From Macrostomum lignano (lineage: Eukaryota): DNA of 64,000 bases. Both the position numbers and the translations under genes were made by a program. Shown here in pieces: positions 22,201 through 34,859 of the stretch; the first letter of the stretch is position 1; every line of letters begins with the position of its first letter. The notes under the pieces were generated by a model. The model did no database searches. It was not told where the DNA came from and saw only the letters and a program-made list of their open reading frames with translations. The stretch lies in the NCBI GenBank assembly GCA_002269645.1, contig NIVC01000037.1, positions 744,001 to 808,000 on the forward strand, read 5' to 3'.

Positions 22201-25200
22201 ACCCCATCACTCACCCTCTCCAAAGCCATGCTGTCTTACCCGCCACCCCCATCACTCACCCTCCCCGATGCTAGGCTGTCTTACCCGCTACCCCCGTCTC
22301 TCACCCTCCCCGATGCTAGGCTGCCTCACCCGCCACCCCATCATTCACCCTCCCCGATGCTAGGCTGCCTCACCCGCCACCCCATCACTCACCCTCCCCG
22401 ATGCTAGGCTGCCTCACCCTCCCGATGCTAGGCTGTCTTACCCGCCACCCCATCACTCACCCTCCTCGGGGCTAGGCTGCCTCACCCGCCACTCTATCAC
22501 TCACCCTCCCCGATGCTAGGCTGCCTCACCCGCCACCCCCAGCACTCACCCTCCCCAAAGCTAGGCTGCCTCACCCGCCACCCCATCACTCACCCTCCCC
22601 GATGCTAGGCTGCCTCACCCGCCACCCCATCACTCACCCTCCCCGATGCTAGGCTGCCTTACCCGCCACCCCCAGCACTCACCCTCCCCGATGCTAGGCT
22701 GCCTCACCCGCCACCCCCAGCACTCACCCTCCCCGATGCTAGGCTGCCTCACCCGCCACCCCCAGCACTCACCCTCCCCAAAGCTAGGCTGCCTCACCCG
22801 CCACCCCATCACTCACCCTCCCCGATGCTAGGCTGCCTCACCCGCCACCCCACCACTCACCCTCCTCGGGGCTAGGCTGCCTTACCCGCTACCCCCGTCT
22901 CTCACCCTCCCCGATGCTAGGCTGCCTCACCCGCCACCCCATCACTCACCCTCCCCGATGCTAGGCTGCCTCACCCGCCACCCCATCACTCACCCTCCCC
23001 GATGCTAGGCTGCCTCACCCTCCCTGATGCTAGGCTGTCTTACCCGCCACCCCATCACTCACCCTCCTCGGGGCTAGGCTGCCTCACCTGCCACCCCAAT
23101 CACTCATCCTCCTCGGGGCTAGGCTGCCTCACCCGCCATCCCATCACTCACCCTCCTCGGGGCTAGGCTGCCTCACCTGCCACCCCAATCACTCATCCTC
23201 CTCGGGGTTAGGCTGCCTCACCTGCCACCCCAATCAGTCATCCTCCTCGGGGCTAGGCTGCCTCACCTGCCACCCCAATCACTCATCCTCCTCGGGGCTA
23301 GGCTGCCTCACCCGCCATCCCATCACTCACCCTCCTCGGGGCTAGGCTGCCTCACCCGCCATCCCAATCACTCATCCTCCTCGGGGCTAGGCTGCCTCAC
23401 CCGCCACCCCATCACTCACCCTCCTCGGGGCTAGGCTGCCTCACCCGCCACCCCATCACTCACCCTCCTCGGGGCTAGGCTGCCTCACCCGCGACCCCAT
23501 CACTCACCCTCCCCGATGCTAGGCTGCTGCATAGTGAAAAGGATAAAAAGCATTGGGCCCAAAACACCCACCATGATCTCAAGCGACTCCCTATCGCCGG
23601 GCTCCTCGGTGTGCCTGTGAATCTCCTGCAGCAGAAGGCCGTACTTGGTGATGCGCTGGAACGGCGTAGTTAGCAGCGATTTCAGCTGCAGATCGACCGA
23701 TCCCTCGTCGGAGCTGTAGTTTCTGGCGCTGTACTTTTGCGCCCACTGCCAGGAGTGTTGAAGAGTTTAAAGAAAATTCAAGTTGCTCAAGTGAGATATA
23801 AATGACACTCACTGACTGAGACATCATGCACTACGCACAGCAGCTGTGAGAGATTCAATTTAGACTACTGAGAAAGTAGACGAATAAAGATTTGAATCGT
23901 AAAATCTATCAAATAGCCCAAAAATGTCGTCATGAAAGAAATGTCTGTGCACACCACAAATACTGAAGTAACTAGATGGACACTCAGGTATATAGCAAAG
24001 AATACATAAGCTATTTTTTTTTAAATAAAGGCAGCTGAAATACTTTGATAAGTTTAGAAGCCCAAGCTTGCAGGCGCAAACAACTTGCTAATTGGTTCAG
24101 CCATAATGTACACTAGCCAGTGCCACTGAAATGTACATGGCAGCTTTAGGCTGGAAGTCCGAGAAAGGTACCAGGTAATAAATAAAATTGGGTGGTGGGG
24201 CGGGGGTGGAAAGGCTCGGGGGTTTAAGCTGGGGGGGAGTAAGTGCCAATAAACTGAGCCTTGGCTATAAAAATACATTAACCTACTACTGAACTGAAAG
24301 TAGCTTACACGCAAATATGCTGAGTGGTCCACCTAGTAGTTATTCTGGTACCTGTGGTGCCACACTGAGAGTGGTGGCAGAGGACGGCGTGTGGCTGTTG
24401 CTGACTGACAAAGGCAAATAAGCCAGAAACCGGTCTCACACCAGCAGCCAACACAATCAAAATCCAGTCTCACCTTGACAAATTCATTAAATGCATCGTT
24501 CTTCTCCTGCAGCCGCAGGTACTCCTTGCAGTCGCTAATGCTCAAGCAATAGTCCACTGACGGCTGGAAAATCTGGGGGAAGCCTTCGAAACCCGATTGA
24601 AAGTCGCTCGGCCTGATGAAGCCGCCTCGCTGCTTGGCGGCCAGCAGGGCGGGCTTGAGGTGCAGCGACCACAGTGTATAGTGAGCCTGGAACACGGCAG
24701 ACAGGCAGGGGAACAGCCGCTGGGTGCTCACGTCTGTTAGCAGGCCGGCACTGGACTGCAGGTGCTGCAGCACGTTCGCGTACACCTGGGTAGGATATGA
24801 TAGGGGGTGCTAGAATATTAAGAATTAATAATAATAACTGATTACACCTGCCCCAATGAGCAGATGTGCAACCGACAGCTTAACCGCAGCTATTGCACGG
24901 CGCATCTGAAGGCTGCGTACGGCTGTTCAGTCCAAGGACTGGGGGGTCGCCACACACAGCCTCAATTACCCCAGCTAATGCTGGCACCCATTTTACAGCT
25001 GGGTGAACTGAAGCAATGCAGAGTTAAGTGTCTTTCTCAAGGACAAATTATTCCGAGTGGATCGGGAATCGAACCCCCGATCTTAAGGTTATTTAGGCCT
25101 TGCTTAGGGCTTGTGAAGTTTAGAGCTTAACATTGCCATTCGCGATCTTGTTTCTAAGCTAATTCGTATTCAGCGGAATCAATGGTCGATAAAATGAGTC

Positions 25201-25338
25201 GACAGTTTAAAAAACTTTTAAAAATCTCACCTCAATGATGGTCTTAAGGTGGCGCAGTATGTTGAGCTCTGTGTGGCACAGCTCCCATATTGCCGCCTGC
25301 TGTTTCACAATTTTGCCGCTCGCCTGGCCAGAGGAGTT
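19266..25338 (-). CDS. PLEKHG5: PLEKHG5/6/7-family DH-PH RhoGEF, core exons: 25338-25231, 24785-24474, 23745-23572, 20985-20728, 20281-20146, 19849-19266
   Basis: Phase-consistent joins give QQAAIWELCHTELNILRHLKTIIE|VYANVL..., LLTTPFQRITKYGLLLQEIHRHTEEP (DH domain), FEGDLRLKDERGK|WSEARCLLFTDMLLL and SFVAAVLSDFG...CDDWLERL (PH domain). The family is recognised; the exact paralogue is not resolvable. Confidence 0.88.
20360..20620. repeat. 40-bp minisatellite, about 6 units, in a RhoGEF intron
   Basis: GTGTCTAACATGTGACACCTTTATCTTACAGGTGACTCCC, period 40. Confidence 0.9.
21085..23525. repeat. 44-bp minisatellite, about 55 units, filling RhoGEF intron 23571-20986, with a 998-bp higher-order duplication
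   Basis: Unit CACCCGCCACCCCATCACTCACCCTCCCCGATGCTAGGCTGCCT; the same variant series recurs 998 bp apart. Confidence 0.95.
23955..24356. mobile_element. CACAG-terminus MITE (copy 2) in a RhoGEF intron
   Basis: Collinear with 17555-17910; flanks GTGCACAC and GTGCCACA. Confidence 0.75.
24884..25088 (-). mobile_element. tRNA-derived CORE-like SINE, copy 2 (lacks A box), in a RhoGEF intron
   Basis: Reverse complement matches about 14960-15175; B box complement GGAATCGAACC at 25065-25075. Confidence 0.8.
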
Positions 25339-25381
25339 CTGCAATTGAAATCTTGGCAGAGTAACGGGGGTTTGGTTTTCA

Positions 25382-25688
25382 ATGACTAACTTACTGACTG
25401 ACTGACTGACTGACTGACTGACTGACTGACTGACTGACTGACTGACTGACTGACTGACTGACTGACTGACTGACTGACTGACTGACTGACTGACTGACTG
25501 ACTGACTGACTGACTGACTGACTGACTGACTGACTGACTGACTGACTGACTGACTGACTGACTGACTGACTGACTGACTGACTGACTGACTGACTGACTG
25601 ACTGACTGACTGACTGACTGACTGACTGACTGACTGACTGACTGACTGACTAACTAACTAACTAACTAACTGACTAACTAACTAACTG

Positions 25689-25719
<31 letters not shown>

Positions 25720-25720
25720 G

Positions 25721-25761
<41 letters not shown>

Positions 25762-25762
25762 T
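25382..25762. repeat. Compound tetranucleotide microsatellite (ACTG)n grading into (ACTA)n
   Basis: Seen directly; fills intron 25796-25339. Confidence 0.96.
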
Positions 25763-25796
25763 AAACAAACAAAACCAAACCAATCAACCAACTCAC

Positions 25797-28700
25797 CCCG
25801 GGCAGATCCGAGACGCTGAGCTGCCAGACGGCCTGCAGGTCGGAGCTGACGGCCTCCAGCTGCGGGTTGTTCTGCCTGGGCAGGCTCTGCTCGCACTGCC
25901 GCAGCTGCTCAGCCAGGCGCTCGCGACTGTCCTGCGGAGCCAGCAAGGCGGGGTGGCGGGTGCACCTGCTGGCTCCGCCTGTCCCTGAAACTCGCTCTCG
26001 GATTTCCTGTCAGCCCATTGCTCAGCGCTTTCCTTCAGTTCTCATTCACCTTCTCTCCCCTTGATCTATATCACACCTCTCCTCATCCCATCTCTCCCCT
26101 CATCCCCTCTCCCTCATCCCATCTCTCCCCACATCCCATCTCTCCCCTCATCCCCTCTCCCTCATCCCATCTCTCCCCTCATCCCATCTCTCCCTCATCC
26201 CATCTCTCCCCTCATCCCATCTCTCTCCCTCATCCCCTCTCCCTCATCCCCTCTCCCTCATCCCATCTCTCCCCTCATCCCATCTCCCCTCATCCCATCT
26301 CTCCCTCATCCCATCTCTCCCCTCATCCCCTCTCCCTCATCCCATCTCTCCCCTCATCCCATCTCTCCCCTCATCCCATCTCTCCCCTCTTCCCATCTCT
26401 CTCCCTCATCCCCTCTCCCTCATCCCATCTCTCCCTCATCCCATCTCTCCCCTCATCCCATCTCCCCCTCATCCCATCTCTCCCTCATCCCATCTCTCCC
26501 CTCATCCCCTCTCCCACATCCCCTCTCCCTCATCCCCTCTCTCTCATCCCATCTCTCCCTCATCCCATCTCTCCCCTCATCCCATCTCCCCCTCATCCCA
26601 TCTCTCCCTCATCCCATCTCTCCCTCATCCCATCTCCCCCTCATCCCATCTCTCCCTCATCCCATCTCTCCCTCATCCCATCTCCCCCTCATCCCATCTC
26701 CCCCTCATCCCATCTCCCCCTCATCCCATCTCCCCCTCATCCCATCTCCCCTCATCCCATCTCCCCTCATCCCATCTCTCCCTCATCCCATCTCCCCCTC
26801 ATCCCATCTCCCCTCATCCCATCTCCCCCTCATCCCATCTCCCCTCATCCCATCCCATCTCGCGCTCTCTCATATTTAACCATCTATCCGATTGCATTTA
26901 TTACCGCATAAGTTTAAGACTAAAATCATAGCTAAAAATGAAAATCCAAAAAAAGTTAATTTACACAAACAGACAGCGGCTTCACTTATTAATCACTGCA
27001 GCGGGATAGAACGATATGATATGATATAATCTGTCAGCTATTGCGTTTACTAAATTGGATTTGACAATTCTGAACTCCCAACTTTAATAGTACATGTATG
27101 CTCATACTTGTGGCCGCGAGTTCAAAAACGAAAAAAGACAAATTTTCTAGAAAAGAAATAGAAATAATATTTTACAACAAGAATTAGTATCAAGGAAGCC
27201 GACGCCTAATTTTTAGACTCAAGATCGCTGCATATTGGTGAACATGCTCAGTGATCTGGTGTACTGATTGTGTGCACAATAATCACGATGACCTTTTCAT
27301 ATTCTTGACTACTGTAAGTAGGATAATAGCATTCATAAGTGCAGTTTATCAGATTGGGTTTCACAACATTGCTGCAGCTACTGTCTGTCGTGTACTTTTT
27401 GTGTCTGATAATTAGTAATATTTGACCGCAATAATCCATGAAGTATGAAGATGGAAATTTGCCTGTTGAATGGGCGCTTTAAGAGTTTTAAAAATCTGAT
27501 AGCATCCTTAAAAGCTGTAAGAATCTGTAAAATAGTCTGTAAGATTCTGTAGAATTGGCTAAGAGACTGTAGAATTGTCTGTAAACGTCTGTAAGATTGT
27601 GCAAAATAGTCTCTAAGAGTCTGTAAAAGATTCTGTAGAATTTTCTGTAAGATACTGTAGAGAAGCCTGTAAGATTCTGTAAAACAGGCTGTGAGATTAT
27701 GTAGAGCAGTATTTTAAGATTTAAGAGTCTGTAGAAGATTCTGTAAGATTCTGTAAAATACTTTTCTAAATTGTTTAAAATGGTATAAGTCTGTCGTCTG
27801 CTAATATAATTTACAAGAGCCCATTAAAGAGTCTGTAGATAAGCCAAGAAGTCTGTAAAACCTGGCGGTCAGTACTGTACACATAAGTATAGGTATTCTA
27901 CAAATCCAAGCCATGCAGGGGTCGGGGCTTCTAAATGTAGCGGAGGGCGCTGATTATTGGCAAACCTCGCCTCCCTCGCTGTCCCTTGCGCCCGGGAACA
28001 GCATCGTGAAGGAGTTCCTGCGCGGCTTCGACGCTGCCGGCGGTTTCAAACCGGACGACATCGCTTTCTGGTTGCCACCGGAGCAGATTGTGATCACCTG
28101 GCGTGTACGTTGGCAATTTAAGTATTTGAATCATCCAAGGCAACTGTCGCCTCGATTGGCGTGTAGCAGTTCATTGTGGAGTCACTGTGAGGCCGACTGA
28201 GTCGCTGCTTCACTGGAGTTAATTGGCTTCTGCAGACCTAATCCTGCTTCGCAATCCCCAAGCTTCGCTCACGATCCCCAAGCTTCACAATCGCCAAGAT
28301 TCACAATCCCAGGCTTCACAATCCCCAAAGCTTCACAATCCCCAAGATTCACAATCCCCAAGATTCACAATCCACAAGATTTACAACCCTCAAGCTTCAC
28401 AATCCCCAAGCTTCACAATCCCCAAGCTTCACAATCCCCAAGCTTCACAATCCCCAAGCTTCACAATCCCCAAGCTTCACAATCCCCAAGCTTCACAATC
28501 CCCAAGCTTCACAATCCCCAAGCTTCACAATCCCCAAGCTTCACAATCCCCAAGCTTCACAATCCCCAAGCTTCACAATCCCCAAGCTTCACAATCCCCA
28601 AGCTTCACAATCCCCAAGCTTCACAATCCCCAAGCTTCACAATCCCCAAGCTTCACAATCCCAAGCTTCACAATCCCTAGGCTTCACAATATCTAGGCAT

Positions 28701-31700
28701 CACAATCCAAAGCTTCACAAAACCAATGGCCAATTTCTCCAGTTGCCAAGCTGAGCATCTCGCAACTCACCCCTGCTGAGAGTCGCTTCTCGTTCCGTCG
28801 ATCTCGACCTCTCACTCGGTCGGCATCACGATCTGCGCAAGGATTTTTGAGTCAAAGATCTCGATCAGATCAGGTCAGGGGTCGGGTCGGGTCAGAGTTG
28901 TCCCTGTCACGCAATGTCCCTGGGGTTTAGTCGCTATTTAGGGAAACACTTTGCTAACTTGGGTGAAAAATCCATATACTAAAATGACCAATTAGCTTCT
29001 TCCATTGCTGTTTCTTTTATTTTTATTTCCCCAGCACTCAGCTCAGGTGTCACCTGATCTTTCACACGTCATCCAGGGGCCACCTCGATCTCAGCAGCAT
29101 CTTGTTTGGGTTCACTTGGGGTCGCGATTCTTATGGACCACCAACTGCTCTTTCCAATTTCAAAGCAATCGAGTTGGTGTGCAAGTTTATTAAATTATAT
29201 TGGCTCAGCCTTGGTTCTAAAGTACAAAAGCTTGGATAGATACTTCTTTATCGCAGGTAAAGAAAAAATTATCTTAAAAGCCACCTCAGCAGATCATTAA
29301 TTAATTAAAGTCCCTTCCTTACACAAGCATCTGAAGGATTCTAATACATAATTAACTATGCATGGTATGTCGCTTGACTTCAAACCTGGCTCGCTCGTAT
29401 TCCTTGGCAAGCAACTTTTTGCTTAAAAAACTCTGCAACCAAATCTTTTCTAAGACCTACAAAAAGTCAGTTTGCGTGATGGTTCGAAATGCTCAGGAAA
29501 TTTGGAGATCGCTAGACAGACTCTATTGAAGAAAAAATTCAAATAAAATATCAATATTAGGAAACCTGCTATTTTGCCTTCTGCCGGCTTTCAATAAAAT
29601 AGTTTTATTAATTACTATTTTGCTTGAATTTGAGGAAAACAAACATGTTTTTTTTCGATATGGAGAAGTCTGAAAACAGAAACTGCCTTTTAATGGCCTA
29701 ACAGGAAATTTTCCTAACTGAAAAATCTATGTGCCAGCAGTGACAGCAGTGACAGCAGTGACAGCAGTGACAGCAAGGGGAACAGCCAGCAGTGACAGCA
29801 AGGGGAACAGCCAGCAGTGACAGCAGGGAAACAGCCAGCAGTGACAGCAAGGGGAACAGCCAGCAGTGACAGCAGGGAAACAGCCAGCAGTGACAGCAGG
29901 GAAACAGCCAGCAGTGACAGCAAGGGGAACACCCAGCAGTGACAGCAGGGAAACAGCCAGCAGTGACAGCAGTGACAGCAAGGGGAACAGCCAGCAGTGA
30001 CAGCAAGGGGAACAGCCAGCAGTGACAGCAGTGACAGCAAGGGGAACAGCCAGCAGTGACAGCAGTGACAGCAAGGGGAACAGCCAGCAGTGACAGCAGT
30101 GACAGCAAGGGGAACAGCCAGCAGTGACAGCAGTGACAGCAGGGAAACAGCCAGCAGTGACAGCAAGGGGAACAGCCAGCAGTGACAGCAGGGAAACAGC
30201 CAGCAGTGACAGCAGTGACAGTAAGGGGAACAGCCAGCAGTGACAGCAGTGACAGCAGTGACAGCAAGGGGAACAGCCAGCAGTGACAGCAGTGACAGCA
30301 AGGGAACAGCCAGCAGTGACAGCAAGGGAACAGCCAGCAAGCACAGCAGGGAACAGCCAGCAGTGACAGCAGGGAACAGCCAGCAGTGACAGCAAGGGGA
30401 ACACCCAGCAGTGACAGCAGGGAAACAGCCAGCAGTGACAGCAGTGACAGCAAGGGGAACAGCCAGCAGTGACAGCAGTGACAGCAGTGACAGCAAGGGG
30501 AACAGCCAGCAGTGACAGCAAGGGGAACAGCCAGCAGTGACAGTAGTGACAGCAAGGGGAACAGACAGCAGTGACAGCAAGGGGAACAGCCAGCAGTGAC
30601 AGCAGGGAAACAGCCAGCAGTGACAGCAGGGAAACAGCCAGCAGTGACAGCAGGGAAACAGCCAGCAGTGACAGCAGGGAAACAGCCAGCAGTGACAGCA
30701 AGGGGAACAGCCAGCAGTGACAGCAGTGACAGCAAGGGGAACAGCCAGCAGTGACAGCAGTGACAGCAAGGGAAACAGCCAGCAGTGACAGCAGGGAAAC
30801 AGCCAGCAGTGACAGCAGGGAAATAGCCAGCAGTGACAGCAGGGAAACAGCCAGCAGTGACAGCAGGGAAATAGCCAGCAGTGACAGCAGGGAAACAGCC
30901 AGCAGTGACAGCAGTGACAGCAAGGGGAACAGCCAGCAGTGACAGCAAGGGGAACAGCCAGCAGTGACAGCAAGGGGAACAGCCAGCAGTGACAGCAAGG
31001 GGAACAGCCAGCAGTGACAGCAAGGGGAACAGCCAGCAGTGACAGCAAGGGGAACAGCCAGCAGTGACAGCAGTGACAGCAAGGGGAACAGCCAGCAGTG
31101 ACAGCAGTGACAGCAAGGGGAACAGCCAGCAGTGACAGCAGTGACAGCAAGGGGAACAGCCAGCAGTGACAGCAGGGAAACAGCCAGCAGTGACAGCAGT
31201 GACAGCAAGGGGAACAGCCAGCAGTGACAGCAGGGAACAGCCAGCAATCACAGCAGGGAACAGCCAGCAATCACAGCAGGGAATAGCCAGCAGTGACAGC
31301 AGGGAACAGCCAGCAATCACAGCAGGGAACAGCCAGCAGTGACAGCAAGGGGAACAGCCAGCAGTGACAGCAGTGACAGCAAGGGGAACAGCCAGCAGTC
31401 ACAGCAGAGAACAGCAAGGGGAACAGACAGCAGTGACAGCAGGGAACAGCCAGACCTACCCGCAGACAGGTTCATATCCAAAGGCCGGTTGAAAAACTGC
31501 TGAGCAAAGATCTCAGCGACATTCATGGGAACTCCAGCGCTGGTAGGTGGGCAGTCCCGCTGTGCCTCTCCGATCCCAGACTTTGATGCTTCATCTGTGC
31601 TCTGCAGAGCCTCAGTGGCCGGCCTGCTGGCTGCATCTCCGTTCAAGCGAAAACTTTGGAAGGGCCTAACAAGCTGGCAATGACTTGCGTTGATTCGCGT

Positions 31701-34278
31701 CTTCTCCCAGTTCTGTTTAGCTCCCCCTAATGTTGAGCTTTTTCTCCCCTTATTATAGCTGATGGGATTTGGAGGATTGGATTGGAGCGGCCCAGCCAGC
31801 GCCAATCAACCCGAGTGTGCTCTGTCAGGCATCTGACTGTCTCGGCCTCTCTTGGGGTGTTATTTAAGCTCGTGTGCTTTATATTGCTGTTTGATGTTCT
31901 GCCTTAGTGCTTCTGCACTGCGCTGTCAGGGAGGTTTCGGGATTAGAGGACGTTTTCGGGATTAGAGGACGTTTTCGGGATTAGAGGACGTTTTCGGGAT
32001 TAGAAGACGTTTCCGGGATTAGAGGACGTTTTCGGGATTAGAGGACGTTTTCGGGATTAGAGGACGTTTTCGGGATTAGAGGACGTTTCCGGGATTAGAG
32101 GACGTTTTCGGGATTAGAGGACGTTTTCGGGATTAGAAGACGTTTCCGGGATTAGAGGACGTTTTCGGGATTAGAAGACGTTTCCGGGATTAGAGGACGT
32201 TTCCGGGATTAAAATGACTTTTTCGGGATTAGAATGAGTTTTCAGGATTGAGGGGAGTTTTCGGTATTGAGGGGAGTTTTCGGTATTGAGGGGAGTTTTG
32301 GAATTACATGTAAAGGGAGTTTTCGGGATTGATTGGAGTTTTCGGTATTGATTGGAGTTTTCGGGATGAGGGGAGTTTTCGGGATGACGGGGAGTTTTCG
32401 GTATTAAAGAGAGTTTTCGGTATTGATTGGAGTTTTCGGGATGACGGGGAGTTTTCGGTATTAAAGAGAGTTTTCGGGATTGAGGGGAGTTTTCGGGATT
32501 GAGGGGAGTTTTCGGGATGAGGGGAGTTTTCGGGATTGAAGGGAGTTTTCGGGATGAGGGGAGTTTTCGGGATTGAGGGGAGTTTTCGGGATGAGGGGAG
32601 TTTTCGGTATTAAAGAGAGTTTTCGGGATGAGGGGAGTTTTCGGGATGAGGGGAGTTTTCGGGAGTGAGGGGAGTTTTCGGGATGAGGGGAGTTTTCGGT
32701 ATTAAAGAGAGTTTTCGGGATGAGGGGAGTTTTCGGGATGAGGGGAGTTTTCGGGATTGAGGGGAGTTTTCGGGATTGAGGGGAGTTTTCGGGATGAGGG
32801 GAGTTTTCGGGATTGAGGGGAGTTTTCGGGATTGAGAGGAGTTTTCGGGATGAGGGGGAGTTTTCGGTATTAAAGGGAGTTTTCGGGATTAAGGGGAGTT
32901 TTCGGGACAAGGGGGAGTTTTCGGGATGAGGGGAGTTTTCGGGATGAGGGGAGTTTTCGGGATGAGGGGAGTTTTCGGGATGAGGGGAGTTTTCGGGATG
33001 AGGGGAGTTTTCGGGATTGAGGGGAGTTTTCGGGATGAGGGGAGTTTTCGGGATTGAGGGGAGTTTTCGGGATGAGGGGAGTTTTCGGGATGAGGGGAGT
33101 TTTCGGGATTGAGGGGAGTTTTCGGGATGAGGGGAGTTTTCGGGATGAGGGGAGTTTTCGAGATTGAGGGGAGTTTTTGGGATTTGTGTAATTTTCGAGT
33201 TAGTTAATAATTTTTCAGTGTCGCCAAAATTTTTCTTAATTGAAGAAGAGATTTGATTGGAATTCGGATCTTTTAAAAGCCTCAGTCAGATCAGTGCAGC
33301 GGCAGCTGGATCTGCTGCATGTTGGAAAACGGCAATTGCTTGTGCTCAGCGTGGAGACAGTAGCACACCTCTCTTCGAATACAATTGGTTCTATGCAAGC
33401 CTTTTACCCTGAACCCGTCAGTTCAAAATGCGTCAGTTCATGCATTTTTTGCTTTGTCTCCTCTCTGCCTTCCCTGCTCGGGATTTTCTGCTTTTTTGTT
33501 TAAATTCACTCATACTGTTTCGCATTCCGCTGGGTGGCAGTTGCCGAGGCAGACTGGGTTGAATGATAATATTGTGCTACAGATTCTGTGATACAGACTC
33601 TTAATCATAGACACCCCAGTAAACCCCCAGACTCCCCAGTCTACTCCAGACTCCCCAGTCTACTCCAGATACCCCAGTCTACCCCATAGATACCCAGTCT
33701 ACCCCACAGACACCCCAATCTACCCCACAGACACCCCAATCTACCCCACAGACACCCCAATCTACCCCACAGACACCCCAATCTACCCCACAGACACCCC
33801 AATCTACCCCACAGACACCCCAATCTACCCCACAAACACCCCAATCTACCCCATAGATACCCCAGTCTACCCCATAGATACCCCAGTCTACCCCACAGAC
33901 ACCCCAATCTACCCCATAGATACCCCAGTCTACCCCATAGATACCCCAGTCTACCCCATAGATACCCCAGTCTACCCCATAGATACCCCAGTCTACCCCA
34001 CAGACACCCCAGTCTACCCCATAGATACCCCAGTCTACCCCACAGACACCCCAGTCTACCCCACAGACACCCCAGTCTACCCCACAGACACCCCAATCTA
34101 GCCCAGACTCACGCAGCGGCTCCCCGCAGGGTGCAGGCCGCACCAAGAAGCTCCGGGCGCGGTCCTCCTCAATAACAGCCTGAGCCAGCTTGCAAATTGC
34201 ATTACCAGTGCCCGCAGCCACTGGCGTGCAACTACGAAAGTCGGGCAGACTGGGTCTGCGCTTCACCGGCCGAAACAT
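25797..34278 (-). CDS. Probable upstream exons of the RhoGEF: 34278-34113, ~31673-31460, 28832-28771, 28097-27966, 26006 (or 25984)-25797
   Basis: Each has a YAG acceptor and GT donor. Phases chain from 31460 to 25797 (LSAG|D..NEKRLSAG|VITIC..DSEGGE|EIRERV..RERLAEQLRQ..SDLPG|NSSG). The link from 34113 (phase 1) to the 31.6-kb exon is not resolved. Confidence 0.55.
26060..26865. repeat. C/T-rich 16-18 bp minisatellite (CCCTCATCCCATCTCT)
   Basis: Seen directly; intronic. Confidence 0.92.
27500..27860. repeat. Degenerate CTGTAAGATT/CTGTAGAA tandem repeat
   Basis: Recurrent CTGTA motif with irregular period. Confidence 0.6.
28250..28720. repeat. 16-bp minisatellite CCCCAAGCTTCACAAT (locus 1)
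   Basis: Period 16; the same unit occurs at 62075-62540. Confidence 0.95.
29735..31450. repeat. 25-bp minisatellite AGCCAGCAGTGACAGCAAGGGGAAC with variable 9-bp CAGTGACAG subunits
   Basis: Seen directly; intronic, abutting the donor site at 31459. Confidence 0.95.
31935..33180. repeat. 18-19 bp minisatellite, GATTAGAGGACGTTTTCGG grading into GAGTTTTCGGGATGAGGG
   Basis: Seen directly. Confidence 0.93.
33610..34100. repeat. 21-bp minisatellite ACCCCAGTCTACCCCATAGAT
   Basis: Period 21; abuts the donor site at 34112. Confidence 0.93.
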
Positions 34279-34859
34279 TCCTCAGCTGGCCCTGCGGCTA
34301 GGACTCTAACGGTCCCAGTTCAATTCTTCATCAAATTCATTCTTCGATCCGATGTGTTTTAACTTCACCAGTCCTAAAGTAGTTGTGCTCTGTGCTTGTT
34401 TCTATTTCTGTTTTCTAAATTAAAATGAAATGCATGGTATGCATATATAATATGTGTAACAGACCGCAGCTCAGGTCGGCTTTTGTAGAGGCTGGCTAGC
34501 TTTAGCTAATAAAAATAATAGTAAGGCCCGAGCCTCCGTCTCGCTCTAACCCCTCAATGCGGCTCTTACGTTCCAGCCGTAATTGTGTCGACTCGGTCCA
34601 GCAAAGGACGAAAAAGTAGTCAAATTTGTGCAAAACTGCTAAACAATGCATTAGCAGTCGCCAGTTCGGCACAATGCGTGAGAATAGCCAGGGCTTTGAG
34701 CTCAATTTTCTTGATTCTGTTTGGCCCCATTTGCAACATCTAATGAGATATCCGACATAATTACAGTCAATTAGTGTTTGTAGGTTTAGGTTTCAAATTG
34801 ATTGGCGACCGGTTTCAGGCATCTGGGCTCTTCGTCACCCCGCTCGGGGCCGTGGGAGA

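Noticed and set aside
27913-28200. + strand 95-aa ORF
   Set aside because: It is the antisense of a phase-consistent RhoGEF exon (28097-27966).
29698-31320. Long ORFs (506-540 aa) on the - strand
   Set aside because: They are translations of the 25-bp intronic minisatellite, open in all three frames because the unit lacks stops, with no domain content.
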